NCBI GenBank assembly: GCA_965201075.1 | Contig: CBDAVP010000001.1 | Coordinates: forward strand, 62,001 to 126,000 | Length of the DNA: 64,000 bases | Direction: 5' to 3' | Origin: Isosphaeraceae bacterium | Lineage (GTDB): Bacteria; Planctomycetota; Planctomycetia; Isosphaerales; Isosphaeraceae | In this document: positions 9,835 to 19,468 of the stretch, piece after piece | Position numbering within the stretch: position 1 is the stretch's first letter | How the letters are laid out: each line of letters opens with the position of its first letter | The notes under the pieces: generated by a model | What the model saw: only the letters and a program-made list of their open reading frames with translations | The model's database searches: none | What the model was told of the DNA's origin: nothing | Program-made: the position numbers and the translations under genes

Positions 9835-10680
9835 GTGGATCCGGTGCGACTACTCGCCGCGGCCATCCAGATGCCGGCTTCGCCTCTCAAAGTTACCGAG
9901 AATCGGGACCGGGCCGATGCGCTCCTGCTCCGCGCCCATCAGGCCGGCGCTGAGCTTGCCGTTTTGCCCGAAATGTACAACACCGGGTATGGGCTGGTGC
10001 CCTGTTATGCCGACGTGGCCGAAGGGTCTGACGGTCCGACCGTCACGTTGCTGCGAGAGCGCAGTCGACGCTGGGGTCTGACCATCGCCGCCGGCTTCGT
10101 CGAGCGCGACGGGCACCACCTGTATGACTCGGTCGTCTGCTGTCAGCCGTCGGGCCGGGTCGATCGTTACCGCAAGCGTCACCTGGTCTTCTGGGAGCCG
10201 TACCGGTTCCGGGCGGGGAATGGGCCATTGGTTGTCGCCACCCCGTTCGGCCGCCTGGGATTCGCCGTGTGCGCCGACATGATCTATCGTCAGGTGTGGG
10301 AAGGCTATCGAGACCGGATCGACCTGGCGGTGATCGCCTCGGCCTGGCCCGACTTCGCCGACCGAGACACCGGCCGCGCCCACTGGCTATTCGGCAAGGT
10401 GGGTCCGATGGCCGGCCAAATCCCCTCCCGGGTGGCCCGCGACCTGGGCATCCCCGTGGTCTTCGCCAACCAGTGCGGCGCGACCGAGACCCGCATCCCG
10501 ATCATTGGCCCGACCATTTCCGACCGTTTCCGAGGTCAGAGCGCCATTTGCGATGGCCGGCACGGCGAGCCAACCCTCGCCGCCGCCGAGGAAACGGTCC
10601 TGCTCGCCCCGATCACTCTTCATCCCGTTCGAGGGCCCGTCTCATGCCGTTCTACGTCCCCCTCGGTCCTCGCGGCCTGA
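9835..10680 (+). CDS. Carbon-nitrogen hydrolase (nitrilase superfamily)
   Basis: Catalytic triad contexts LPEMYNTGY, YRKRHL, AVCADM. Start GTG 9835 after AAGGA is an estimate. Confidence 0.85.
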   Translation: MDPVRLLAAAIQMPASPLKVTENRDRADALLLRAHQAGAELAVLPEMYNTGYGLVPCYADVAEGSDGPTVTLLRERSRRWGLTIAAGFVERDGHHLYDSVVCCQPSGRVDRYRKRHLVFWEPYRFRAGNGPLVVATPFGRLGFAVCADMIYRQVWEGYRDRIDLAVIASAWPDFADRDTGRAHWLFGKVGPMAGQIPSRVARDLGIPVVFANQCGATETRIPIIGPTISDRFRGQSAICDGRHGEPTLAAAEETVLLAPITLHPVRGPVSCRSTSPSVLAA

Positions 10681-10814
10681 TCTTCCAGTTCGGCTCGCTG
10701 GCCACCGGCTTGCTGGGTGGCTACGTCTACTGGCTGGCGGCCCGCCGTCGCCTCAAGACCGTCAAGCCCGTGCCGATCCCCGTCCGCGACGAGCCCACTC
10801 GTCGGCCCCGTTGA
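10644..10814 (+). CDS. Small single-pass membrane protein (56 aa)
   Basis: MPFYVPLGPRGLIFQFGSLATGLLGGYVYWLAARRRLKTVKPVPIPVRDEPTRRPR: hydrophobic helix plus basic tail, GC-rich third positions, GAGG upstream, overlaps the hydrolase 3' end. Confidence 0.55.
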   Translation: MPFYVPLGPRGLIFQFGSLATGLLGGYVYWLAARRRLKTVKPVPIPVRDEPTRRPR

Positions 10815-10909
10815 CGGGCCGTTCGGATTCGTAAGGGTAAGGGACGTCGCCACTTCAGACCAAGGAATCGCGGTCCCCGGCCGACCACCAAGGAGGAGTC
10901 GCCCCCAGC

Positions 10910-12925
10910 ATGTGCGGAATCGCCGGCGCCCTGGACCTACGCGGACAGCGTGACTTTCCCACCGACGTCCTCCTGAAGATGACCGCCGCGATCGCCCATC
11001 GAGGGCCCGACGACGAGCAGTTCCACCGAGAACCCGGCGTCATCCTCGGAGCCCGCCGCCTCGCCATCGTCGACCTCGAAGGCGGACGCCAGCCGATCGC
11101 CAACGAGGATGGGACGGTCTGGGTCGCCTTCAACGGCGAGCTATTCGAGTACCCCGAACTCCGGCGGGAACTGCTGGACCGGGGTCATCGACTAGCCACT
11201 CGCTGCGACACCGAGGCATGGGTCCACCTGTTCGAGGACCGCGGCGAGGGGATGTTCGAGAAGGCCCGCGGCCAGTTCGCCGTCTCCTTGTGGGACCGGG
11301 CGAATCGCACGTTGATCTTGGGTCGGGACCGCGTCGGCATCTGTCCGCTGTACTACGCCGAGCGCGACGGCTGGCTGTTGTGGGGCTCGGAGATCAAGGC
11401 GCTTCTGGCGTCGGGACTGGTCGAGGCCCGCCCCGACCCCCGGGGCGTCGACCATCTGTTCTCGTTCTTCTGCCACGGCACCAAACGCACGTTCTTCGAG
11501 GGGGTTCACTCGATCCCCCCGGGCTGCTACCTGCGGGTACGCGATGGTCGGGTCGAGGAACGACGCTACTGGGACCTCGACTTCCCCGACGCCGGCCAAG
11601 AGCGCCGCCTCGACGACCCGACGCCGTTGGTCGACGAGCTGGAACACCTGATGCGTCAGGCGGTGGAGCGCCGGCTGCGAGGCGACGTGCCGGTGGTCAG
11701 CTACATCAGTGGCGGGCTCGACTCGACGGTGGTTTTGGGACTTAGCTCCCGGCAAAGGGGCCAGGCGGTGCCGTCGTTCACGGTCGGGCTCGACAAGGCC
11801 GGACCCGACGAACGGGCCCACTCGGCCGAGTCGGCCGCGGCTCTCGGATCGCCGCTGACCACGGTGATGATGGACCGATCCAAGATCGCCGACGCCTTCC
11901 CAGAGTTGACTGTCGCCGCCGAAGGGCCGGTTCTGGACACCTCTTGCGCCGCTTTGATGAGGCTGGCCGGCGCCGTTCACGACCAGGGATACAAGGTCAC
12001 CCTGACCGGCGAGGGGGCCGACGAGGCGCTGGCCGGTTATGTCTGGTACAAGTCGCGCAAGTTCTGGGACGGCGTGTCCCGCAACTTCGGCGACGGCTTG
12101 CCCATGTTGGTCCGAGGCGCCTTGCTCGGAGCCGTCGGCGGGGGGTCGAAACACCGGCCCCCGTTGCTGGCGATCGGCGGGGTGCGCACTGCCCAGCAGG
12201 ATATGTACGAACTGCTGGCCCAGTCGCGATCGACCCTGTTTTCCCAGGGACTCTGGGACCGCCTGGGCGAGCATAGTCCGTATGACGACCTGGACATCGC
12301 CGCCGGGGACCGGATGAAACGGTGGTCGCCGCTGAATCAGTCGCTCTACGTCGGCTACAAGGTAATGCTCGCCGGTCTCCTGATGATCTCCAAGGGAGAC
12401 CGGATCGCGATGCACAACTCGATTGAGGCGCGTTACCCGTTCCTCGATGACGACGTGATTTCGTTCTGCGCTGGCATCGCCCCCGAGTACAAGTTGAGGG
12501 GCTACACCGAGAAGTGGCTCCTTAGGCAGGTCGCCGCGCGGACGCTACCCAAGCGGATCGCCTCGCGACCCAAGACGATGTTCCGCGCCAGCCTCTCGGG
12601 CACGTTTCTGGGCCCGCACCGTCCGGCCTGGGTCGACCAACTGCTGAGCCCCGAGTCGCTGCGAAAGGCCGGCTATTTCGACCCCGAGGCCGTCGCGAGA
12701 GAGCGAGCCGCCCAAGTGCGCTGGCCCAGGGTCACGGCCCGCCGGTTCGTCTTCGACCTGGGTTTGACGTCGGTCGTCGCCACGCAATTATGGCACCACC
12801 TGTTCTGCGGCGGGGGCCTTTGCGACCTGTCCACCTGGACCGCCCCCGAATTCGCCGGCAACACCAGGCCGGCGCACTACAAGAGCCGGACCCGAGAGGC
12901 CTCCAGCCCGGTGACCTACGCCTGA
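10910..12925 (+). CDS. asnB: Asparagine synthase (glutamine-hydrolysing) family amidotransferase
   Basis: MCGIAG Ntn Cys, HRGPD, FNGE, SGGLDS, TGEGADE, EARYPFLD; AGGAGG RBS. Confidence 0.92.
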   Translation: MCGIAGALDLRGQRDFPTDVLLKMTAAIAHRGPDDEQFHREPGVILGARRLAIVDLEGGRQPIANEDGTVWVAFNGELFEYPELRRELLDRGHRLATRCDTEAWVHLFEDRGEGMFEKARGQFAVSLWDRANRTLILGRDRVGICPLYYAERDGWLLWGSEIKALLASGLVEARPDPRGVDHLFSFFCHGTKRTFFEGVHSIPPGCYLRVRDGRVEERRYWDLDFPDAGQERRLDDPTPLVDELEHLMRQAVERRLRGDVPVVSYISGGLDSTVVLGLSSRQRGQAVPSFTVGLDKAGPDERAHSAESAAALGSPLTTVMMDRSKIADAFPELTVAAEGPVLDTSCAALMRLAGAVHDQGYKVTLTGEGADEALAGYVWYKSRKFWDGVSRNFGDGLPMLVRGALLGAVGGGSKHRPPLLAIGGVRTAQQDMYELLAQSRSTLFSQGLWDRLGEHSPYDDLDIAAGDRMKRWSPLNQSLYVGYKVMLAGLLMISKGDRIAMHNSIEARYPFLDDDVISFCAGIAPEYKLRGYTEKWLLRQVAARTLPKRIASRPKTMFRASLSGTFLGPHRPAWVDQLLSPESLRKAGYFDPEAVARERAAQVRWPRVTARRFVFDLGLTSVVATQLWHHLFCGGGLCDLSTWTAPEFAGNTRPAHYKSRTREASSPVTYA

Positions 12926-12947
12926 GGGATCTCTAGGATGATTGAAC

Positions 12948-13391
12948 ATGGGCCGCATGAAATTCAATCCCTACGAACCGCCGGCCAGACTGCATGCGGA
13001 TTTCGAGAGCACTCCTCCATCGGGCCCCGTCCCCCGGGGGATATGGCGAGCCTTCGTGCTCTATTGCTGGTTCATGGTCCTAATTTATGGCGCCTGCATT
13101 GGGGGCGGAGCGATCCTGATCTTCGGACCAACCTTTTTCACAGACGATCCCGAGGGTCAGTTAGGCATGGGTCTGATTCTTGTGGCGATTGGTCTGGTCT
13201 TCGCTCCAGCGTTCGGGGTCGCCCCCTTTCTTCGACCCGGTCGACGCGTCTGGGTGTATGATCTCGTGCTCATCTGCGGAGGTTTGACGAGCATTCTGAC
13301 CTTGCCCTTCGCGATCCCGCTTTTGGTCTACTGGTGTCGGGACTCGACCAAGACTGCCTTCGGACGGGGCCAGCCAACTTCGAAGCAGTGA
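12948..13391 (+). CDS. Hypothetical membrane protein
   Basis: NPYEPP N-terminal motif and 3-4 hydrophobic helices; start may be 12957. Confidence 0.7.
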   Translation: MGRMKFNPYEPPARLHADFESTPPSGPVPRGIWRAFVLYCWFMVLIYGACIGGGAILIFGPTFFTDDPEGQLGMGLILVAIGLVFAPAFGVAPFLRPGRRVWVYDLVLICGGLTSILTLPFAIPLLVYWCRDSTKTAFGRGQPTSKQ

Positions 13392-13413
13392 CCACCGACA
13401 AAGACCATTCCAA

Positions 13414-13863
13414 ATGCGCGCCGTCCTCCAAAGGGTGACCCGGGCTTCGGTCCACGTCGAGCAAACCGTGGTGGGAGCGATCGGCCATGGCTGGCTCGTA
13501 CTGCTGGGCGTCGCGAAGGGGGACACCGAGGACGATTCAACGAGATTGGCCGAAAAAATCGTGGGCCTTCGTGCTTTCGAGGATGAGCAAGGGAAGATGA
13601 CCCTGGGGGTGGGTGAGGTCGGCGGGGCCGTGCTGGTTGTCAGTCAGTTTACCTTGCTGGGCGACTGTCGGCAGGGCCGCCGGCCGAGTTTCGGCGAGGC
13701 GGCCACCCCGGAAATTGCCGAGACCCTCTATCTCCACTTCGTCGCGCAACTCGCCGCCGCTGGCTTGGTCGTCGCCACCGGGACATTCCGCGCCACCATG
13801 CAAGTTGAACTGGTCAATGATGGCCCGGTGACCCTGTTGCTGGATAGCCGAAAAGTTTTTTGA
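13414..13863 (+). CDS. dtd: D-aminoacyl-tRNA deacylase
   Basis: [25 protein letters not shown] motifs. Confidence 0.97.
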   Translation: MRAVLQRVTRASVHVEQTVVGAIGHGWLVLLGVAKGDTEDDSTRLAEKIVGLRAFEDEQGKMTLGVGEVGGAVLVVSQFTLLGDCRQGRRPSFGEAATPEIAETLYLHFVAQLAAAGLVVATGTFRATMQVELVNDGPVTLLLDSRKVF

Positions 13864-14170
13864 ACGCCGATTCAAGTGCGTGTTAATCTTCGGTGGGCCG
13901 AGACGGGCCGGCCCGGGTTGGCGAAGCAAGCCACCCCTTGAATCGTCGGTCGAGCCGGCCCGGTTGGGACTTGTGGCGAGTCGTCGCCAACCTGATTTTC
14001 GCGCTGGCACTTTGCCGGAGGCGGACAAAAGGGTTGACGCCGGCGCACGCAAAGTCCTACAGTCCTCCGCGGCTTTCCCACTCGGCCCCGCCTCCACGAT
14101 CCGAAATCTCGACCGGAGCGGGAATTTTTGTTGGCAACGGCCAGGTTTCTCATTTATCCTATCCTCCGGA

Positions 14171-14185
14171 GGGCATCCAGATTGC
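14171..14185 (+). promoter_or_regulatory. Candidate sigma54 -24/-12 promoter
   Basis: GGGCATCCAGATTGC (GG-N10-GC with TTGC), about 85 nt upstream of ATG 14271. Confidence 0.4.
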
Positions 14186-14270
14186 CCATCCTAAGGGATC
14201 GGGATACCTTGGGAAACTTGTGCGGTTTGACCTCGCCGAACCCCAGCCCTACCACCGGAGATCGACAGAG

Positions 14271-14630
14271 ATGCGCCACTTCCTGCTGACCGTCGCGACC
14301 CTGACCGCCGCCTCGCTGTTCGCCGGCAATGCCTCGGCTTGCCACAAGAAGGCGTGTACCCCCGCCTGCGCCCCCGCCCCGGTCTGTGAACCGGTCGTTT
14401 GCGCCCCGGTCGTCACCGAGTGCGTCCCGGCCAAGAAGTGCTGCTTCAAGATGCCGAAGTTCCACATGCCGAAGTTCGGTGGGTTGTGCCACAAGAAGGC
14501 CGCCTGCGCTCCGGCCCCCGTGGCCTGCGAGCCCTGCGCCGCCCCGGTCATCTACGAGGCCCCGATGGCCTCTCCTCAGGGTTCGCCCCAGGTCATCACC
14601 CCGGCCCCCCAGGCCTCGATGCAGGGCTGA
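14271..14630 (+). CDS. Secreted Cys/Pro-rich small protein (119 aa)
   Basis: Signal peptide ending ASA, 12 Cys, internal repeats; GGAG RBS; hairpin downstream. Confidence 0.8.
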   Translation: MRHFLLTVATLTAASLFAGNASACHKKACTPACAPAPVCEPVVCAPVVTECVPAKKCCFKMPKFHMPKFGGLCHKKAACAPAPVACEPCAAPVIYEAPMASPQGSPQVITPAPQASMQG

Positions 14631-14661
14631 GCTTGAGGGTTTGGCTTGAACCGATCCCGAC

Positions 14662-14700
14662 GCCCGGGACCTCGCGAGGGGTCCCGGGCTCGTTTCATTT
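14662..14700 (+). terminator. Terminator hairpin between convergent genes
   Basis: gcccgggacc...ggtcccgggc stem followed by cgtttcattt. Confidence 0.65.
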
Positions 14701-14723
14701 AAGGGCCATGGGATTAGGCGGAC

Positions 14724-15227
14724 TTAAGCCAGGTCAATCTTTTCGTGCTGGCCGGGTTCGTAGGGCTTGCCCGTGACGCTGGCCTTCACGAAGCCGATGA
14801 GGTGGACCATCGCCGAGGAGTGGCTGTCCCAGTACTCGGCCTTATCGACGTCGATCCTCAGCAGGGCCAGTTCCGGGTCGTCCAGGCCCTTGGGGAACCA
14901 GGCCTTGAGCAGGGGGTTCCAAAGCTCATGGATTTTGGATGGGTCGCGGACCAACTCCGCCCGGCCAGAGACCGAAACGTATTGCTGGGACTTGGGTTCG
15001 GCGTAACTGAGGTTTACGTGATCGTCGCGGCGGACCTCGTCGACCTTGGGGGCCTCGGCGCGGGTAAAGAACCAGAGGGAGCCATCGAATTCGGCGTCCT
15101 GGGTCGCCATCGGCCGGCTGCGGAGCGAGCCGTCATCCTCGGCGGTCGTGAGCATCGCCATGCGGATGCCCTTGATCAGGTCACTCAGCTTCTTGACGGA
15201 CTCGTCGTGCTCGGTCTGCGTGGCCAT
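14724..15227 (-). CDS. Pyridoxamine 5'-phosphate oxidase-like general stress protein (YdaG/GSP26 type)
   Basis: AMLTT..DGSLRSRPM, LWFFT, YVSVSG, KAWFPKGLDDP, AEYWD. Confidence 0.9.
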   Translation of the reverse strand: MATQTEHDESVKKLSDLIKGIRMAMLTTAEDDGSLRSRPMATQDAEFDGSLWFFTRAEAPKVDEVRRDDHVNLSYAEPKSQQYVSVSGRAELVRDPSKIHELWNPLLKAWFPKGLDDPELALLRIDVDKAEYWDSHSSAMVHLIGFVKASVTGKPYEPGQHEKIDLA

Positions 15228-15289
15228 TGAGGGATGATCCTTCGGGTCGGGCGGGCGTGGGGCGGCCACGCCTCTCGGGAAGGTTGGGG

Positions 15290-15305
15290 TGCAAGCCGCG
15301 TACCG
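15290..15305 (-). promoter_or_regulatory. Candidate sigma54 promoter for the stress protein gene
   Basis: Minus strand CGGTACGCGGCTTGCA (GG-N10-GC, TTGCA), about 60 nt upstream of ATG 15227. Confidence 0.45.
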
Positions 15306-15312
15306 GCCGTCG

Positions 15313-16581
15313 TCAGTGGCGATTCAGCTCGATCGGACGGGCCGGAACACCAACGACTGTCTGGCCCTCGACGACGTCGTGCCCCTTGGTCAAGACCGCA
15401 CCCGCCCCCAGGGTGGCGCCTTTTCCGACGCGGACCGGGGCGATCAAAATGGAACCGGCGCCGAGGGAGGCGTCGGCCTCGACCTCGGTGCGGTGCTTGG
15501 CCTCGCCGTCGAAGTTGGCGGTAATCGCCCCGGCCCCGACGTTGACGTTGGGGCCAAGGTGGGCGTCGCCCAGGTAGGCCAGGTGGCGAGCAGTCGTCCT
15601 GGTTTCCAGGTGAGAGCGGTTGACCTCGACGAACGCGCCGACCTCGACGCCATCGTCCAGGACCGTGCCGTCTCGCAGGTGGGCGAACGGGCCGACCCGG
15701 CAGCCCCGGCCGACGTTGACTTTGCCCGAGAGGACGGAGAAGGGGAAGATGACGGTGTCCTCGCCGATGAGGGCGCGGGGGTCGATGAAAGTGTTGCGGG
15801 GGTCGACGATGCTGACGCCCTGGGTCATCAGGCGGTCGGCGACGCGGTCCTGAAGGATCTTGTGGGCCTGAGCCAGGTGCTGTCGGGTGTTGACGCCGAG
15901 GATGTCGTCGGGTTCCAAGGTTGGCAGGGCGATGACCTTGCGGCGAAACTGCTGTTGAAGCAGGGCGGGGGCGTCGGTCAGGTAATATTCGCCCTGGGCG
16001 TTGCCGGTGGTCAAGCGATCAAGGGCGTCCCACAACCCCGGCAGGTCGAAGACGTAGCAACTTGGGTTGACCTCGGCGATGGCGGCCTGCTCGGGGGTGC
16101 AATCGCGCTGTTCGATGATGCCGCGGAACCGCCCGGCCGAGTCTCGTAAAATGCGGCCGAAGCCGGTGGGGTCGGGGACAAGGGCCGTGCCGAGCAGGCA
16201 AGCGGCGCGGTCGGCCTGTTGACGGGCGAGCAGGGCGGCGAGGGGTTCGGGCCTCACCAACGGTTCATCGCCGACAAGGATCAGCGCCGGGCCGGAATAG
16301 TCGCCCAAAAGGTCTCGGCAGGCGCGGACGGCGTCGCCGGTGCCGAGTTGACGCTCCTGGACGGCGAAGGCGATGTCGGGCTCGTCGGCCAAGGCGAGGC
16401 GGACGGACTCGGCGCCGTAGCCGACGACCACGACGATCGACCGGGCGCCGGCGCCTCGGGCGGCGTCGACGACGTAGCGGACCATCGGCTGTCCGCAGAC
16501 CTCGTGCAGCACCTTGGGCTTGGTCGACCGCATCCGCTTGCCGTGCCCGGCCGCCAGGATGATCGCCACCGGACCTTGCAT
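15313..16581 (-). CDS. glmU: Bifunctional UDP-GlcNAc pyrophosphorylase / glucosamine-1-phosphate N-acetyltransferase
   Basis: ILAAGHGKRMRS, QLGTGDAV, NAQGEYYLTD, GPFAHLR, HLAYLGDA, hexapeptide repeats. Start 16581 or 16623. Confidence 0.9.
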   Translation of the reverse strand: MQGPVAIILAAGHGKRMRSTKPKVLHEVCGQPMVRYVVDAARGAGARSIVVVVGYGAESVRLALADEPDIAFAVQERQLGTGDAVRACRDLLGDYSGPALILVGDEPLVRPEPLAALLARQQADRAACLLGTALVPDPTGFGRILRDSAGRFRGIIEQRDCTPEQAAIAEVNPSCYVFDLPGLWDALDRLTTGNAQGEYYLTDAPALLQQQFRRKVIALPTLEPDDILGVNTRQHLAQAHKILQDRVADRLMTQGVSIVDPRNTFIDPRALIGEDTVIFPFSVLSGKVNVGRGCRVGPFAHLRDGTVLDDGVEVGAFVEVNRSHLETRTTARHLAYLGDAHLGPNVNVGAGAITANFDGEAKHRTEVEADASLGAGSILIAPVRVGKGATLGAGAVLTKGHDVVEGQTVVGVPARPIELNRH

Positions 16582-16781
16582 CAAAGCCGCTCCCCGCAAC
16601 GCGGTCGGGATCCGTGAAACCACCGTTGGCCGTCGCTCGCCGCGATATCCTACGGGGGCTCCAGCGGTGCGTCAAACCGGCTGGGGCCGCAACGGTTCCT
16701 TGAACGGGCGGGGCCCTTCTGGCAGACTGGCGAACCGCGTTCGGCAGGGTCGAGCCGGGTGGTTCGTGGAGACGAGAGACG

Positions 16782-17069
16782 ATGGACCTGAGCCGCGAGG
16801 AGGTCGCCAAGGTCGCCCTGCTGGGCCGGTTGCGGCTGACCCCGCAGGAACTGGAAACCTTTACCGGTCAGCTCAACTCGATCGTCCACTTCGTCGAGCA
16901 ACTCCAGTCGCTAGACACCGCCAACGTCGAGCCCCTGGCCCACGGGGTCGAGGTGCGCAACGTCTTCCGCGATGATGTCCGAGGCCCCTCCCTGTCCAGG
17001 GAAGACGCCCTGGCGAATGCCCCTAAACGCAACGACGAGAGTTTCCTGGTGCCGGCCGTACTTGAGTAA
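16782..17069 (+). CDS. gatC: Asp/Glu-tRNA amidotransferase subunit C
   Basis: EEVAKVALLGRL, FRDD, ALANAP, FLVP. Confidence 0.95.
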   Translation: MDLSREEVAKVALLGRLRLTPQELETFTGQLNSIVHFVEQLQSLDTANVEPLAHGVEVRNVFRDDVRGPSLSREDALANAPKRNDESFLVPAVLE

Positions 17070-17133
17070 ACGGGGGCAAACGTCGTCAATGCGGCGGTCG
17101 TCCGTAGTCACGCTGGACAAGGATTTCTCGACA

Positions 17134-18624
17134 ATGGATCTGAACCGAGCCACCGCCGCGACGCTGGTTGCCGAGATGACGGCCGGGACGGTCTCGGCCG
17201 AGGAGGTGTCGCGGGGTTATCTGGAACGGGCCGGGCGGCTGGGTCGGCTCAATGCGTTCGTTCACCTGGATGAGGAGGCCGTGCTGGTCCAGGCCCGGCG
17301 AGTGGATGAACGTCGGCGCCGAGGCGAACCGCTCGGGCCTTTGGCGGGCGTGCCGGTGGCGATCAAGGACGTGTTGTGCGTCCAGGGAGAGTTGACCACC
17401 TGCGGTAGCCGGATGCTCAAGACGTTTCGCCCGCCTTATGACGCCACGGTGATCGAGAAGCTGCGAACGGCCGACGCGGTGCTGTTCGGCAAGGTCAACA
17501 TGGACGAGTTCGCGATGGGCTCGTCGACCGAGAACAGTGCCTACGGTCCGACCCGCAACCCCTGGGACGAGTCGCGCATTCCCGGAGGCTCGTCGGGAGG
17601 CTCGGCCGCGGCGGTGGCCGCCGACCTGGCGCCGTTGTCGTTGGGGTCGGACACCGGTGGGTCGATCCGCCAGCCCGCGGCGCTCTGCGGCATCGTCGGT
17701 TTGAAGCCAACCTATGGACGGGTCAGCCGCTACGGCCTGATCGCCTTCGCTAGCTCGCTCGACCAGGTCGGCCCGTTCGCCCACGACCTCCACGACGCCG
17801 CCCTGCTGCTGGAAGCCATCTCCGGGCGCGACCCTCGCGACGCCACCAGCGTAGATGCGCCGGTGCCGGCCTACTCGAAGTCGCTGGACACGCCGCCCAG
17901 CCCCCTGCGGATCGGCCTGCCTCGCGAGTTCTTCGGCGAGGGATTGGACCCCGAGGTCGAGGCGGCCGTCCGCGAGGCGGTTCGGGTGTACGAAGCGGCC
18001 GGCGCGACGATCCAGGAGGTGACCCTGCCGCACTCGAAGTTCGGCATCCCGGCCTATTACCTGGTCGCCCCGGCCGAGTGTTCCAGCAACCTGTCCCGAT
18101 ACGACGGCACGATCTACGGCCACCGAGCCGAGAACCTCGCCCCAATCTCGCCCGAGGAGGAGGGCCTGCCGCCTTTGGTCCTGATGATGATGGCCAGCCG
18201 CGCCGAGGGGTTCGGCGCCGAGGTCAAACGGCGGATCATGCTGGGGACGTTTGCCCTTTCCGCCGGGTACGCCGACCAGTATTACAACCAGGCGCTCAAG
18301 GCCCGCCGGCTGATTCGCGACGACTTCGACGCCGCCTTCCGGGAGGTCGACGTCCTGCTCGGCCCGACGACCCCCACCGCCGCATTCAAACTCGGCGAGA
18401 AGACGGCCGACCCGGTGTCGATGTACCTCTCGGACATCTACACGATCACCGCCAACCTCGCCGGAATCCCCGGGCTGAGCCTCCCCTGCGGCATGACCCG
18501 CGAAGGGTTGCCAATCGGCCTGCAACTGCTGGCCCCAGCCTTCGCCGAGGAGACCCTGCTGCGAACGGCGAGAGTCTTTGAGAAGGCGACCGACTGGCAC
18601 GCCAGGCGGCCTGGGCTGGTATAA
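17134..18624 (+). CDS. gatA: Asp/Glu-tRNA amidotransferase subunit A
   Basis: GGSSGGSAAAV, SDTGGSIRQP, SSNLSRYDG, EVKRRIMLG. Confidence 0.97.
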   Translation: MDLNRATAATLVAEMTAGTVSAEEVSRGYLERAGRLGRLNAFVHLDEEAVLVQARRVDERRRRGEPLGPLAGVPVAIKDVLCVQGELTTCGSRMLKTFRPPYDATVIEKLRTADAVLFGKVNMDEFAMGSSTENSAYGPTRNPWDESRIPGGSSGGSAAAVAADLAPLSLGSDTGGSIRQPAALCGIVGLKPTYGRVSRYGLIAFASSLDQVGPFAHDLHDAALLLEAISGRDPRDATSVDAPVPAYSKSLDTPPSPLRIGLPREFFGEGLDPEVEAAVREAVRVYEAAGATIQEVTLPHSKFGIPAYYLVAPAECSSNLSRYDGTIYGHRAENLAPISPEEEGLPPLVLMMMASRAEGFGAEVKRRIMLGTFALSAGYADQYYNQALKARRLIRDDFDAAFREVDVLLGPTTPTAAFKLGEKTADPVSMYLSDIYTITANLAGIPGLSLPCGMTREGLPIGLQLLAPAFAEETLLRTARVFEKATDWHARRPGLV

Positions 18625-19067
18625 TGGCCAGCGGTTCGTTTCTCAAGGCCCGGGGAAAGCTCGCGGACCTGGAAGTTGCCGCCCAGGACCGGCTGCTCGA
18701 CGCCGAGGCTTTGTTTGTCGCCGGGCGATTTGCCTCAACGATTGCCATGGGTTTGTACGCCCTGGAGATTGCCCTCAAGGTCCAGATTTGTCGGAGGCTG
18801 GACCGCGACGACTTGCCCGAGCCGTTCGCGATTCACAAGCTTGAAGAGTTGTTGGTGGCGGCGGGGCTGGCCAACAAAATCCGAAAGGTTAAACGACCGC
18901 GGGGTGTTTGGGCAAACTGGCAGGAACTGGTTTGGCTCTCCCGGGACATTGAGAAATTTCGTTATACCACTAATGTCGATTGGAATGAGGCTCTGGCGAC
19001 CAAAACCCTTCGAGAGTTGCGTGAACCACCGTGTGGAGTCTTGCTATGGCTCTCGAAACAGAAATGA
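18624..19067 (+). CDS. HEPN domain protein
   Basis: RLLDAEALF...YALEIALK...HKLEELL...NW...KFRY...GVLLWL matches the HEPN helical-bundle pattern; TAATG overlap with gatA. Confidence 0.7.
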   Translation: MASGSFLKARGKLADLEVAAQDRLLDAEALFVAGRFASTIAMGLYALEIALKVQICRRLDRDDLPEPFAIHKLEELLVAAGLANKIRKVKRPRGVWANWQELVWLSRDIEKFRYTTNVDWNEALATKTLRELREPPCGVLLWLSKQK

Positions 19068-19468
19068 TCGAATCCGCCGTGGAGGTCTCGCAGGTCATCC
19101 ACCAATGCCTTCAGGCCCGGGGCTGGGAACCGAATACTTACCGAATCACCATGATTCGCAGCACGGCCTACCGAGGGATTTATATCCTCGTCCTCTCGGA
19201 CCACGTCCGCGATTTCGATGACGCCCAAAGGTTCAACCTGTTCGATGACATCATGGACGTACTGGAGCCATTCCGAGGCGACGATTTCGATCAATATCAA
19301 ACGATCAACCTCGTCGTGTGGCCCATGAGCATGTCTGGTTTCTCCTCGGGGTCTCGTCCGGAGGATGACGAATACGAGGTCCCCGAGAAGCTATTGAACC
19401 CCGGGGTGGCAGACCCGAGGGCCACCTCCCGCAAAAAAACCAAGGCCGCCCAACCGGATCGCCCATGA
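19064..19468 (+). CDS. Hypothetical HEPN partner (degenerate nucleotidyltransferase-like or BolA-like fold)
   Basis: ATGA overlaps at both ends; IYILVLSDHVRDFDDAQRF segment. Alternative start 19046. Confidence 0.6.
   Translation: MIESAVEVSQVIHQCLQARGWEPNTYRITMIRSTAYRGIYILVLSDHVRDFDDAQRFNLFDDIMDVLEPFRGDDFDQYQTINLVVWPMSMSGFSSGSRPEDDEYEVPEKLLNPGVADPRATSRKKTKAAQPDRP

Noticed and set aside
10644..12925. Lasso peptide cluster (small ORF plus asparagine synthetase homolog)
   Set aside because: AsnB keeps the N-terminal Cys and glutaminase domain, no B1/B2 genes are nearby, and the peptide looks like a TM helix.
14020..14075. c-di-GMP-I riboswitch (ACGCAAAG)
   Set aside because: No GGCAAAC/GAAA-loop architecture; fits a promoter spacer better.
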